64,000 bases of DNA from Octopus sinensis. Lineage: Eukaryota. The notes below the pieces were generated by a model. That model was given only the letters and a program-made list of their open reading frames with translations, was not told the DNA's origin and did not search any database. Shown piece after piece: positions 26,758-39,400 of this stretch. A program made the position numbers and the translations under genes. The stretch is from NCBI RefSeq assembly GCF_006345805.1, contig NC_043002.1, forward strand, positions 40,796,001-40,860,000, given 5' to 3'. Positions within the stretch are counted from its first letter, which is position 1. Each line of letters starts with the position of its first letter.

Positions 26758-28270
26758 GCCAAAATAAAATACTGATAGATTGTTGATAATACTGCACTCT
26801 TATCTAGAATAGTATTACTATCTACATGCAGATGTCTTAGACCGAATCCACCAAAAAAGTCAACTGACTGATTAATATGAACTCGCCCGCTACCACTCTG
26901 ACCCAGAGACATTTTGTCTCCTCACTCCCTTTTCTATTGCTATTCAAAGTGGTTTATGCTCCTTACAACGAGCTGATCTTGTACCAGCAAGTTCTACACG
27001 GGCCCTTCAGTCTCTCCCTCTCTCCTTATCCATAATGTGCTCTGTCCTAATCACATTGTCCATTCTTTCTCTCACACAACATCTGTTCTCTGGAATTGCT
27101 TTCCTGTACGTGTTAATGATACTATTTAGCACCCAGATTAGCAATGATCGAGTCGACCAATGATCAGAGATACTCTAACTATGATCAGCTCTCAAAGAGT
27201 GCACCTAAAGTTACATTTATCTAATGTGTTCCTATATATATTTTAAGAGGGCAGCGTGTGGTATGAGATTTTACTGCTATTTCTAGCAGGTCACGTGGCC
27301 ACATAAGGGCTCATCTATGCTCAAGTTTTTCAAGCAATCATCAGGTGTTTAGAGGAACGTTAATTAATCCCTTCCAAAACATTTTCTTTTAAAGAAAGAA
27401 AGCCTGCTGGAAAAAAAAAAAAAAGTTTTTTTTAGATGATCTGAGCCAAAAGCAGTGGTAAACAAACTCCCGATGGGCTTGGTTGGTGACAGTTTCGCAA
27501 TTTTTCACAATCTCATATCTGTTTTCTTATAATTCCGAAACTGTATGCCAATGGAAGAAACTGACATTTCTTGCAGCGAGTTGGTAGGAATAGTTAAGTA
27601 GCAGAATTTTAAAAAAAGGCATCGATATTTCTGATTATGTCAGCGATGCTCAACTTTGATTGTCATCGTTTCTGGATCATAAAACAGTTTAAAATTATAG
27701 TATTCGCTTAAATTCCCAGGGTTTTAAGGAGCGTGGAACCACTTCTTCGCCAATATATTTTCCAGGTCTACACTGACCCCGAGAAGTAACGCTTGTCAGG
27801 GCCCCATCTTTCGGTTAAAAGCATGTAACCACCCAAGCCAGTGTAGGTTGAAATCAAGGGATGCAATGTGGTAGCAATGAACTATTTCGGCAGATGAACT
27901 TATTGAATTAACGGCGAATGTCACTTGATGTTAAGCGGATGAACGGAAAACGGATTATTAACGGCCAAGATCAACCCGTTCATTTAGCGAACCACTGTTT
28001 TCATCTGTAGTCGTGGCGTGCACAGATGAAATATTTCAGCAAGCGAAAGACAAATGTGACTAATACCCAGGTCAGACATTCGCGCCTCATCGATGCATGT
28101 CCGGTATGAAAGAGTTACATTTGTTCGAGCAAGTCGCCCGACCTGGATGGATACACAACAGCTTCCACTGAAAACAGACAAATAGTTCTTCCATATATAT
28201 CAGTGATGATCAATTACTAAAGGGCGATAATTTAAAAGTTTATTCAACAAAGTTTGTTACGTTTGTAACG

Positions 28271-28376
28271 AGGTGGCGCTGTAGTCCGTACAAAAGCACC
28301 AATCAGATATTTAAATGTTGTTGAGGCGTCATATTTGAATGTTTTCCAGTTTATCATGATTTATTAAATGGTGAGT
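28271..28376 (+). promoter_or_regulatory. Candidate G2/M cell-cycle promoter (E2F-like GTGGCGC, CCAAT box, CDE/CHR) followed by a short first exon ending at 28370
   Basis: CACCAATCAG (CCAAT 28299-28303); TTTAAA 28310-28315; GGCGT 28325-28329 + 4-nt spacer + TTTGAA 28334-28339; donor G|GTGAGT at 28370/28371. Lies at the end of a CpG-richer zone, 3.4 kb upstream of the acceptor at 31739. Confidence 0.55.
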
Positions 28377-28627
28377 TTACCTTATTTAGCTTTATAAGGT
28401 TATCGAATCTATTTACAAAATCGGAATGAATTTTCATGAAACAGTATCTTCATTTCATATTGTAATCTAATAACTTATTTTCTTTGTTGCTGATTCTTTT
28501 GTAGTCATTAAATTAAAAAAAAAAAAGATGAATGGCAAGCCGTCGATGGCTCGAACTATTTAGCTATAAGTACTTTTTGTTCTTATTAATTAAGCATTTA
28601 ATGTTTACTACGTTCAGAAAATTCATT

Positions 28628-28835
28628 CTCTAGTCATTTTCTTTTCAAACTCCACCCGTCTAACACCCGTGGACATACTTACTCCTTTTCAAACTCCAGA
28701 AGCATGTATTCTGACTCATACATTGTTCGCTTTCCAGACATTTGTACATAACTGCATATACTTTATACGCACTTTCTGACAAGTTGTGGTATACCTGAGC
28801 ACTGTATACAATAATTTCCTTATTATTATTATTAT
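28628..28835 (+). mobile_element. Short CR1-like tail (internally deleted)
   Basis: Matches the reverse complement of 15940-16010 and the CATCTAACACCCGTGGACAT segment; (ATT)n end. Confidence 0.7.
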
Positions 28836-30476
28836 AAAGTATTCTCTATCCCTACACTATTCTTAAATAATACTCGATTGTTAGAATTAAAGACCATCTT
28901 ATATTTGAAAATATTTTACTTAAGTTATCAAGTATTGTTTCAGAATCGTTTTTTGTTAATTATTCTTTTCAAATATTTTGAACATTTCAAATTTATTTAT
29001 TGATGTCTACCTGTTAAAGTCAAGTCAACATGTATTTCTCGTCTAATATTGAACTATGGAAATTTTAGCAAGTTTTTTTTAAAGATTTGACATCGTTAAT
29101 TTGAATATTTTAATTAGCATTTTCATGTATCTAAGAATATGTTATGAACTTCCATATAAAGTACACTCTAAACTTATATTTACGTTGCTTTTCGAAACTA
29201 CCCAATCGTGTAACTGTTAAAATTCGGTCTATCTGCATAAATGTCAAAATAAATTCAGGTCATATGGAAATTATTCTTGGTATCAGACGTGGAATATCAA
29301 AATAAACGTTTTTTTAAAATATATATGACGAATACTCGCAGAGCACTTATTGACGTAATTCTTATGGGAGATAAACTACATTTTATCTCATAAGTAATTA
29401 TTTCTTTATTTTACTTCCTAACATCGTATATATAATTTCAAAATACTTCGGGAACGTTATAAGTAATTAGTGCTCTAGAAGTTGTGTAAATTATTGAGTT
29501 CTGAGTTAGTGGCTGTGTGGTAAGTAGCTTACCACACATGGTTCCGCGTTCATTCCCACTGTGTGGCACCTTGGGAAAGTGTCTTCTACTATACCCTCGG
29601 GCCGACCAAAGCCTTGTGAGTAGATTTGGTAGACGGAAACTGAAAGAAGCCAGTCGTATATATGTATGTGTCTGTGTTTGTCCTCCCAACATCGCTTGAC
29701 AACCGATGCTGGTGTGTTTACGTCCCCGTAACTAAGCGATTCGGCAAAAGAGACCGATAGAATAAGTACTAGACTTACAAAGTCCTGGGGTCGATTTGCT
29801 CGACTAAAAGGTGGTGCTCCAGGATGGCCGCAGTCAAATGACTGAAACAAATAAAAGAATGAAAGAGTAAGGGTTGATTGATAAAACAAGTACCAGTCTA
29901 CTAGTACTTGAAGATTGACTCAGCATCTCTGAAACCAACGAAAGGATAAGTGCAGTCTTTCATTTTGTTACTTCATGGCACTATATTTACCACATTTTGA
30001 AACATATTGTAGAATGTTTTAATTTATTGAATTCTATAGAAATTCTTTGTTAGTTCTTTATCACATGGTATCCATAACATGTAATCAGTGGAATCAAGTC
30101 CAACCTCTTTGGGATAAAGAAAAGTTTATCCTTATTCCAGATTGGTGCAAGTCATGTAGTTTATGTTCCAGCTTGAACATCTGTATGCAAAACAGTTGTT
30201 ATGGGAAGATTGGGAAAAGTGTTTAGTGTGGATTCTAGGAGTTGAGATATTAAGAATTTGTTCCATTCTCACCCTAAATTTAAGGCTTCTTAATTTGCAC
30301 CAGCCAATCACAATCAACAAACGTTTAATTTATAGACAGCAATAGGCAAATTCATTACATGTAAAATTAGCTAGATAATCTGGTTGATGTTGCACTTAAT
30401 CTTCTGGTACTTTTCTTCTTAGAGCTTATATAATTTGCATATGAAAATCTTTCAGTGTACGTGTTCTTTAGTATGT

Positions 30477-30803
30477 ATGTGAAGGCGCGTGGCTTAGTGG
30501 TTAGGGGCATTTGACTCATGATCGTAAGGTCGTGGGTTCAATTCCCGGCAGCGCGTTGTGTCCTTGAGTAAGACACTTTATTTCACGTTGCTCCAGTCCA
30601 CTCAGCTGGCAAAAATGAGTAGTACCTGTATTTCAAAGGGCCAGCCTTGTCACACACTGTCACGCTGAATCTCCTCAAGAACTACGTTAAGAGTACATGT
30701 GTTTGTGGAGTGCTCAGCTACTTACATGATAATTTCATGAGCAAGCTGTTCCGTTGATCGTATCAGCTGGGACTCTCGTCGTCGCAACTGACGGAGTGCT
30801 CCC
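30477..30803 (+). mobile_element. tRNA-derived SINE group C, full-length and fairly young (related minus copies: 2950-3810 interrupted, 31340-31600, 53238-53565, 61170-61480)
   Basis: TGGCTTAGTGG / GGTTCAATTCC boxes; GTGTCCTTGAGTAAGACACTTTA core; 11-bp TSD CTTTAGTATGT at 30466-30476 and 30804-30814. Confidence 0.85.
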
Positions 30804-31789
30804 CTTTAGTATGTCCAGTCAGTAAACTTTGAACATGTTTGGACCATGTTATTTATTTTAATTATTTTTGAAATATTTGAAGCTTTTCTGTCAAGGGAGC
30901 CTCTACATGTTCATTCACCTTGATAGAGATAGTAGACAAAATTCAAAAACAAGAAAAAGAAGGAAATGTTGGTTAATGTAGCCCTGGCTACACTGAAAAG
31001 ATAGATAAGATGGTTACTTCTGGACTCCTTTGATCATAGGTCTAATGGATTAGAGCTGATTTGGGAGAGAAGAACTTCCGAACACTATGTAATCCCACCA
31101 CACATTTTGATGTACCAATTTATGAAAAAACATTGTGAACAGTTAAAAGAAATTTGGTTGTGTTGCAAATAGTGTTGATAGATTTTTGTTGATATCAACT
31201 TTCTAGAAGCATTGAACAGTAATTGATGACGCATTTGGTTTTTGCCATTTCAAATATCCGAGAAAACGTTAAAAAAAAAAGCAGGTGTTAATTTTTGTTA
31301 CCATCAATTATCTTGGTCTCTCTCTTGTTGTAAATGACAGATGAGGGTTCCACAGTTTCTTGCTGAACAACCTGCATAGATGATTCATTTTTATAATGAT
31401 CAAATGTTTGTGCTGTACATTAGCTCCCACTCTCAAATTGACATGGCCTGTACAGGTACACGATGTGCCGCACATCCTGTGAAAGTGATTAAAAGTGCAA
31501 CATGAAATGCAGTGTTTTGCTCAAGAACATAATGCACTTCCTTGCCTAGAAATCAAAATAATGATCTCACAATCATGAGTGCAACTCCCTAACTACTAGT
31601 CCATGTGCATTCTAGTATCTATGGGATGATAAAATAATGAAAGGAAATTTGTATTGCCCTGTAAATTATAAATATTTCATTAATGTGTCATTCTTCATTA
31701 TTATCTATGTTAATATTTACATTTTACTTTTTCTTCAGATTCTCGATACACATTAGCTAGAAAGTAAATCTCAGAACAAGCCACTGAAT

Positions 31790-32105
31790 ATGACGAATAA
31801 CACAGGGGTAAAAGTAGTTGTTCGTGTTCGACCATTATCTTCAAAAGAAAATGAGGGTTCAACTAGGACTGTGGTCGAGGCCATAAATGACCATATCCTG
31901 GTATTTGATCCTGCCGATGATAGATGTGAAATAAATGGTATGTCAACTTCGAAATTTGTGCGAGGAGATATTACAAGACGACGGAACAAAAACTTAACTT
32001 TTGCATTTGATCATGTGTTTGGTCCAGAGAGTTCGAATGTCGAAATATATGAACACACAAGTAAAGTAATACTTGATGGATTACTTAATGGTTACAATTG
32101 TTCAG
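31790..32105 (+). CDS. KIF18A: KIF18A-like coding exon 1 ([15 protein letters not shown]...GYNCS)
   Basis: Acceptor ttcttcag at 31738 (exon starts 31739 with 51 nt of leader), ATG 31790, donor G|GTAAG; phase 1. Confidence 0.95.
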
Positions 32106-33363
32106 GTAAGTTGGTTTCTTTTTCTGTTTTCTCAAAGGTGAGAATAAGCTGTTAAAGTTGTCTAAATGAAGCATTTAAACTGGACATCATCATCATTTAA
32201 TGTCTGTTTTCCATGCTGGCATGAGTCGGATGGTCTGATCAAAGCTGGTGAGCTGCAACTAGGTGTGGTTTTTACAGCTGGATGCCCTTCCTAATACCAA
32301 CCACTTAAGTGTGAGATGGGTGCTTTTAATGTAGCACTGGCATGAGTGCTTTCACATGGCACCTGCATGTGTGATTTTTATGTGGCATTGGCTCAAGGTT
32401 TCTGCAGTGGCCTTAACACATCCGCTGTGGAGTACGGATTTTCTTTGTGTACAGCAAAGTACCAGGCATCTTGGTCCTTTGACATCTTGTCTGAAAGGTT
32501 CAGCATTGATTTATTTGACTTTACATCAGTCTCAACGAAAATATTTAAAAGAATAAAAATTATAAAAACACCTAAAAGTCAATACTGGAGGAGAAAAACA
32601 AATTAAATACGCGGGAAGATATGTTCAAACCATTTATTAAAACAGATATGAACTGATAAATTTTTTAAAATGTTTTGTTATGCTGTTTTTCCTTTAAGTT
32701 GCATGTCTTGGAACCAATTGCCAACATAAGTTGAGGTATGTCTAGTTTTATATATCTACATATATATATATTTATATATGGAGCTCCTCTATGCTGATGA
32801 CCTTGCTCTAATTGCTGAGTCACTACAAGAACTAGAGAAAAAGTTTTAGGTGTGGAAGCAAGGATTAGAATTGAAGGGCCTTAGAGTTAACCTAGCTAAA
32901 ACCAAAGTCTTAATAAGTAAGAAGGCAGACAAACCACAAATCCCTTCAGGTAGATGGCCCTGCTCAATCTGTAGAAAAGGCGTAGGTAGAAACTCCATAA
33001 GATGTACCCAGTGTAAGCTATGGACACATAAGAGGTGCAACAATATCAAAGGAAGACTAACTGGGAAGATTGTTTTTGTATGTGGCAGATGTTCAGGAGC
33101 AATAAACACTGAAAATGTGCAGAGAACAGCTGTCACATTCCAAGGAGAAAAACTACAGATATCTTCTGTTACATAGGTGACCAAGCCAGTAGCGGGGGTG
33201 GATGCTCTGAAAGTGTAGCTGCTAGAATAAGAATATCCTGGGCTAAGTTCAGAGACCTACCTCTGCTGGTGACAAAGGGCCTCTCACTCAGAGTAAAAGG
33301 TAGACTGTATGATACGTGTATGAACAGCCATGCTACATATATGTGTGTGTGTGTGATTATATA

Positions 33364-33405
<42 letters not shown>

Positions 33406-36400
33406 TACATACATACATACATGTGTATGCGAGAGTTTAGTGGGTGCTTTTTATGTGCCACCGGCACGAGGGCCAGTCAGGCAGTACTGGCATTGGCCAT
33501 ACTCAAATGGTGCTTTTTACGAGCCACCAGCACAGGTGCCATCTGTCATCGGCCACGACAAGAACTTCACTTGCTTTAACAGGTCTTTGCAAGTGCTGTT
33601 TATTGCCCAGTGATTGAAGGGAGCTCTTAAATGGACTGGTTATGCTGCACTGGCATAGCCCACAGTTACAGTCTCACTTCGCTTGCCAGGTTTTCTCAAG
33701 TACAGCATATCTCCAAAGGACTTGGTGAAGTCCAACATTCCATCCCAGGTCTTGGGTCTGTATGTATATATATATATTCAATTTTGGGGGATTAATCAAT
33801 ATGTGGGTATTTTATTTCAGATAATACAAAAATAACCTAATGAATATATCTGACAGTAAACTCATGGTATCAGTTTGCACATCACAAAATAATACTTAAA
33901 GGATATAACCAAAATTACCAGCAGGGTATATAATATACTTCATTAATTATATCCTACTTTAGTTAATACTTATATTTATTAAATATAAGTATTAACTTAA
34001 AGCACCTACTACGCTCTTGCATACACATGCATGACACTCTACTGCAGACTACCTCGTTGACGAACGACAGAGACCTTCCCTTTGTGGCTGGTGACTTCAA
34101 TGGTCACGTTGGACGACATGCTGGGGGCTTCCATGGTGTACATGGAGGTTATGGCTATGGTTCCCGCAACGAGGAGGGAACCAGGCTGCTGGAGTTCTGC
34201 GATGCAAATAATCTTATGGTTTGCAACACTAACTTCAGGAAACCTACCAGCCATCTAGTCACCTACCGATCGGACCAACATACCAGCCAAATTGACTACA
34301 TCCTTGTCAGGCATAGGGAGAGATGGCTGCTTATAAATGCCAAAACCCTCCCAGGCGAAGAATGTACCCCGCAACATAGACTGGTAGTTAGTGACTTTAG
34401 GATCGGGACTAAGAGGACAACCATAAGACGACCAACATGGAGAAGAAGGATCTGGAAGCTTAAAGATCCTGCGAATGGACAGAGATTTAGGGACATGTTA
34501 CTTGAAGCCTTTGACGGAGTAGAGGGGAATAGAGTATCTCATGGGGTAGAAGGCAACTGGACGTTTCTAAGGGACAACCTGCTGAGAGCCACTGACCAGA
34601 TCTGTGGCTGGTGCAAAGTCCCCTCTCGTCCCAAGGTAACGTGGTGGTGGAACAATGTTGTAGACAAGTCAGTAGCGGGGGCGGGTGTGCTGAAAGTGTA
34701 AATGCTAGAGTAAGAATAGCTTGGGCAAAGTTCAGAGAGCTCTTACCTCTGCTGGTGACAAAAGGCCTCTCGCTCAGAGTAAAAGGCAGACTGTATGACG
34801 CGTGTGTACGAACAGCCATGCTACATGGCAGTGATACATGGGCCATGACTGCTGAGGATATGCATAAGCTCGCAAGAAATGAAGCCAGTATGCTCCGATG
34901 GATGTGTAATGTCAGTGTTCATACTCGACAGAGTGTATGTACCTTGAGAGAAAAGCTGGACCTAAGAAGCATCAGATGTGGTGTGCAAGAGAGACGTTTG
35001 CGCTGGTATGGTCATGTGGCGAGAATGGATGAAGATAACTGTGTGAAAAAGTGCCACACCCTAGCGGTTGAGGGAACCTGTGGAAGAGGCAGACCCAGGA
35101 AAACCTGGGACGAGGTGGTGAAGCACGACCTTCGAACTTTAGGTCTCACTGAGGAGATGACTAGAGACTGAGACCTATGGAAGTATGCTGTGCGTGAGAA
35201 GACTCGGCAGGACTAGTAAGACCATTACCCATTGCCTCTACCTGGGATGTAGCCAGTCGACTTATGCATACCTTTCCTTCTTGGGACACAAAACTCCACT
35301 TGTGAAGACCCGTTGAGGCAAGTGGAAATCAAAATCAAATCAAATCAAATCAAATCAGAAATCAGAACCAAAATCAAAGTCGATCAATGGAAATTGCAGC
35401 TGCGATACCAGTGCCGGTGACACGTAAGCGTACCATCCGATAGTGGCTGTGGCCAGCGCCGCCCCGACTGGCCTCCGTGCCGGTGGCATCTAAAAAGCAC
35501 CATCCAATCGTGGCCGTTGCCAGCCTCGCGTGGCACGTAAAAAGCACCACCTGACCGTGTCCGTTGCCAGCGCCGCCCTGACTGGCCTCCGTGCAGGTGG
35601 CACGTAAAAAGCACCATCCGATCGTGGCCGTTGCCAGCCTTGCCTGGCCCCTGTGCCGGTGGCATGTAAAAAGCACCATCCGTCTGTGGCCATTTGCCAG
35701 CCCCGTCTGGCACCTGTGCGGGTGGCATGTAAAAAGCACCCACTACACTCACGGAGTGGTTGGCGTTAGGAAGGGCATCCAGTCGTAGAAACACTGCCAG
35801 ATCAGACTGGGCCTGGTGTAGCCTTCTGGCTTCCCAGACCCCAGTTAAACCGTCCAACCCATGCTAGCATGGAAAGCGGATGCTAAATGATGGTGATGAT
35901 GATATATATAAAAACACATGCATAAAAAAAATCTACTTCTTGATCTCTCACTTGGACTTTTTCTCTGCAAATCTCGGGGCTGTCAGTGACAACTTGACTT
36001 GACAGCATTCACCCAGGGTGGGTTGAGCTGGCTTCATTCATCTTCAATGCTGCATCTCTCAAATGCCGACCAGGCCTGGTGATTTGAGGCTAACAACCGC
36101 GTGATCTCCAACCACTCTTTATTCCAGTGGCGAACGCTGTAGATATGGCGGCCTAGGTTCGGTTCTAGATCAGCCTTGACTGTCATCAGCCAGGTTTTTC
36201 GTTGTCCACCACATCGCTTTCGCCAACCTTGAAGGGGAGGTGGGGCAGTTGCTTCGTAGATGAATTCTCCTGATTGACAACGGAGGGCATGACCCAGCCA
36301 ATGCAGATGTCTTGTTAGGATGACTTGTTGGAGGGAGGTGATTCTGCACTGGTGTCGCACCGAATTGTTGGAGACAAAGTGATGCCATCAGACACGAAGG

Positions 36401-39400
36401 ATGCGGCATAGACAGAGGTGATCGAAGGATTCTAGTTGCTTAATATCTTCCAACCTCATTGGCCATGACTCGCTGCCGTAAAGGAGAATCGCTTGCACTA
36501 GTGCTCGGTAGATCTGTACTTTGGTGGTGCGTCGGATCTCAGATCTTGACCAGAGTCATGCACTGAGTCGGTTGAAGGCTTGGTGAGCGAGGTCGATTCG
36601 TGTTTTAATGTCAGCCTCACCTTGACCTGTAGCTGTAATGATGGCGCCAAGGTATTTGAAACTCAACCTCTTCAAGAATATCACCATTGAGGACAATGGG
36701 TGTTTTGTCTGGTGGGGCAAAACCGGCTGTGAGGATTTTGGTCTTTGAGGCATTGACTTTCATACCAATCTGCGATGCAACACGCTGGAGCTCATTGATA
36801 GCAAACTGGACGTCATCAAATGTTTCGCCAAGTATCACAATGTCATCTGTGTAGTCTAGATCCTTGATGGAAAAGTTGTGACCAACCGTGATACCGGGGA
36901 ACTCCCTGTGGTGATCCAGTCGATGGCGTAATTGAAAAGAGTTGGCGAAAGAACACATCCTTGCTGAACGCCAGACCGTATTTTGAAGGGTTCCGACACT
37001 TCACCATACACGCGTACGCGGGATCTTGTTGAGCGGTAATAAGCTTTGGTAAGATTGAGAAGTTTAGGTGGGATACCATCTGCCTGCATGACCTTCAAGA
37101 GGGTGTCATGATCGACGGAGTCGAATGCAGCAGCAAAATCAACAAAGCAGATGACTGTCAGTGACAAGCATGATGAGAGGTTTCACCAGGACATTCTGAA
37201 CATAGAAACTGGTACCAAGGGAAGTCGAGCTTTTCTATGTTGGCTGGTTATTGTTGGTCACTAAAATGGGATGTTACTGAAAGACTCGTCATAATTGGTA
37301 AATACTCCCACTTAATTCTTTCATACTTACGATTAGAGAAATTGTTACTTTTGTTTGTTGACTTGAGTTCAAATGCTGCTGAGGGTAACTTCACCTTTCA
37401 TTACCTCTGAGGTTGATTACATACAAATCAGTCATGTACTGTATTTGATATAATCAAGTATACTCGTCAGTATAATTTAAGGCTTTTTGTCTATTTGATA
37501 AACATTATTTATTGTTTATTCATTCCTGATGTAGCTTAATTTAATGTTGTCATTAGAGAGGCTATTTTAACGTAGATGCCTTTTGTTTCCTCTATGTAGG
37601 CATTGACTATGGGAAAATTTCATCAGATGCACAAGCACTATCTGAAATGCAATACTTACCTTCTAAAGAAAATGTGAGGCAAAGTTGTTTAAAACCAGGA
37701 GCTGAAACTGGGTCACTAGAATAGACCACTAAGAATCTATCTCTACTTGGTATCAAGGCAACTTTCATGTATTGGTTGGCTAATCCTGCAAATTAAAACA
37801 TTTGTACATGTTTTATAGTATGTTATTTTTCTACTGCTAGTTTAAGAAAAAAAAAAAGCACCTCATCTGCTGATGTAACAGACAGCTAAAAATACCTATT
37901 TATTTAGAAATGGCACTCTCTAATCATTTCTTGGTCTAATTAAGTAATTTTCCTTAGAATTACTTTCCAAATACAGTAATCCCTCGCCATGTTGCGGTTT
38001 ATTATTTAAGCTTTTCTCATTTCCTCCATGGTATTCGTTGTGCATTTATATATACAAATTATCAGAAAAAAAAAATTACAGTTTCTACTTCGGATTTTCA
38101 CTTATCGCAGGGTGTTTTGGAATGTAACACCTGCAATAGTCAAGGGTTTACTGTATGATGTTCTATAACCCAAAAAAATATTGTTAAAAAATGTTAGGCG
38201 TAAGCATGGTTGTGTGGTTAAGAAGTTTGCTTCTTAGTTACCCAGTTCTGGGTTCAGTCAAACAATATTGCACCTTGGGCAAGTATCTTCCATCATAGTC
38301 TTAGGTTGACTAATTGCTTGTCAGTGAAATTTTGTAGATGGAAACTGTGGAAGCCTGTTATCTGAGTACTTGTGTATGTATTGTTTTTGTTTAAATCAGT
38401 TTGCAAACAGAAATACCTTGTGCTATATGCTATTTAAGGCAGCAAACTGGCTGAAACGTTAGCGGTATTTTGTCTGTCTTTATGCTCTGAGTTCAAATTC
38501 TGCTGAGGTCGACTTTGCCTTTCATCCTTTCAGGGTCAATAAATTAAGTACCAGTTATGCACTGGGGTCGATGTAATCGACTTAATTCCTTGTTTGTCCC
38601 CTCTATGTTTAGCCCTTTGTGGACAATAAAGAAATAAGAAATACCTTGTGCTATATCCCTGAAGAAAGTTAACTCAATAAGTTGGTGAATTTAGTTGTTT
38701 AGCCTTTTGATAAAATAAGTTCTGGCAGGGGTGCTAGTGATATAATTGACTGAAACCACTAAAAGAATATGTTATACCAACTTAATTGAACATTCTTTCC
38801 ATGATTTAGTATTTGAAATTGTCATTCTAGCTCTTACAGCAATTCTTCCATTCAAGTAACCATATTTTTATCTAAACAATTATACAATAACTGACAATAG
38901 AATGAGTAAAAGGAAGCAACCTGTATGGGTTTGCATGCCTTGCTTGAGTTATGTATGTTTATGGATTTTTATAGAGGATGGGATATCAGACTCTGTCTTT
39001 ATATTTAATAAATATCTGTGCTTTATTTAATAAATATCTATGCACAGAATGGAGGAAGTTTTGTGGAATGCTTGTGAAGCAGAGATATTCAACCTACTGG
39101 AGATGGGTTTCTGAAAGATGGTCAACCTGTGCCTGAAAATCATCTGTGTGATACAGATATTGGTTTGACCTGATCTTGTCAATGGCTGCGAGTTGGTTAG
39201 CTGTGTTTCAAAAGAACACTGTGTGCTTGTTTTTTAGATTGAGAGATGATGTGTAAACTTAATGCATAGTGCTCTATGGAGTCATTATTGTCAGTACTGA
39301 GAACCTACTGTTTTGGTCATGCATGACTGATTAGCATGGAGTCAACTCATGAATACACTCCAATCCTTAGTCCACACTATATGGTCTTCTTACTCTACTT

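Noticed and set aside
30481-30555. tRNA gene (A/B boxes, apparent CAT anticodon)
   Set aside because: The acceptor and anticodon stems do not pair; it continues into a SINE body and is bounded by an 11-bp TSD.
35410-35740. CRISPR-like repeat-spacer appearance
   Set aside because: Eukaryotic context with no cas genes; the linkers are short, uneven and related to each other; the array is a fixed part of the RTE 3' UTR.
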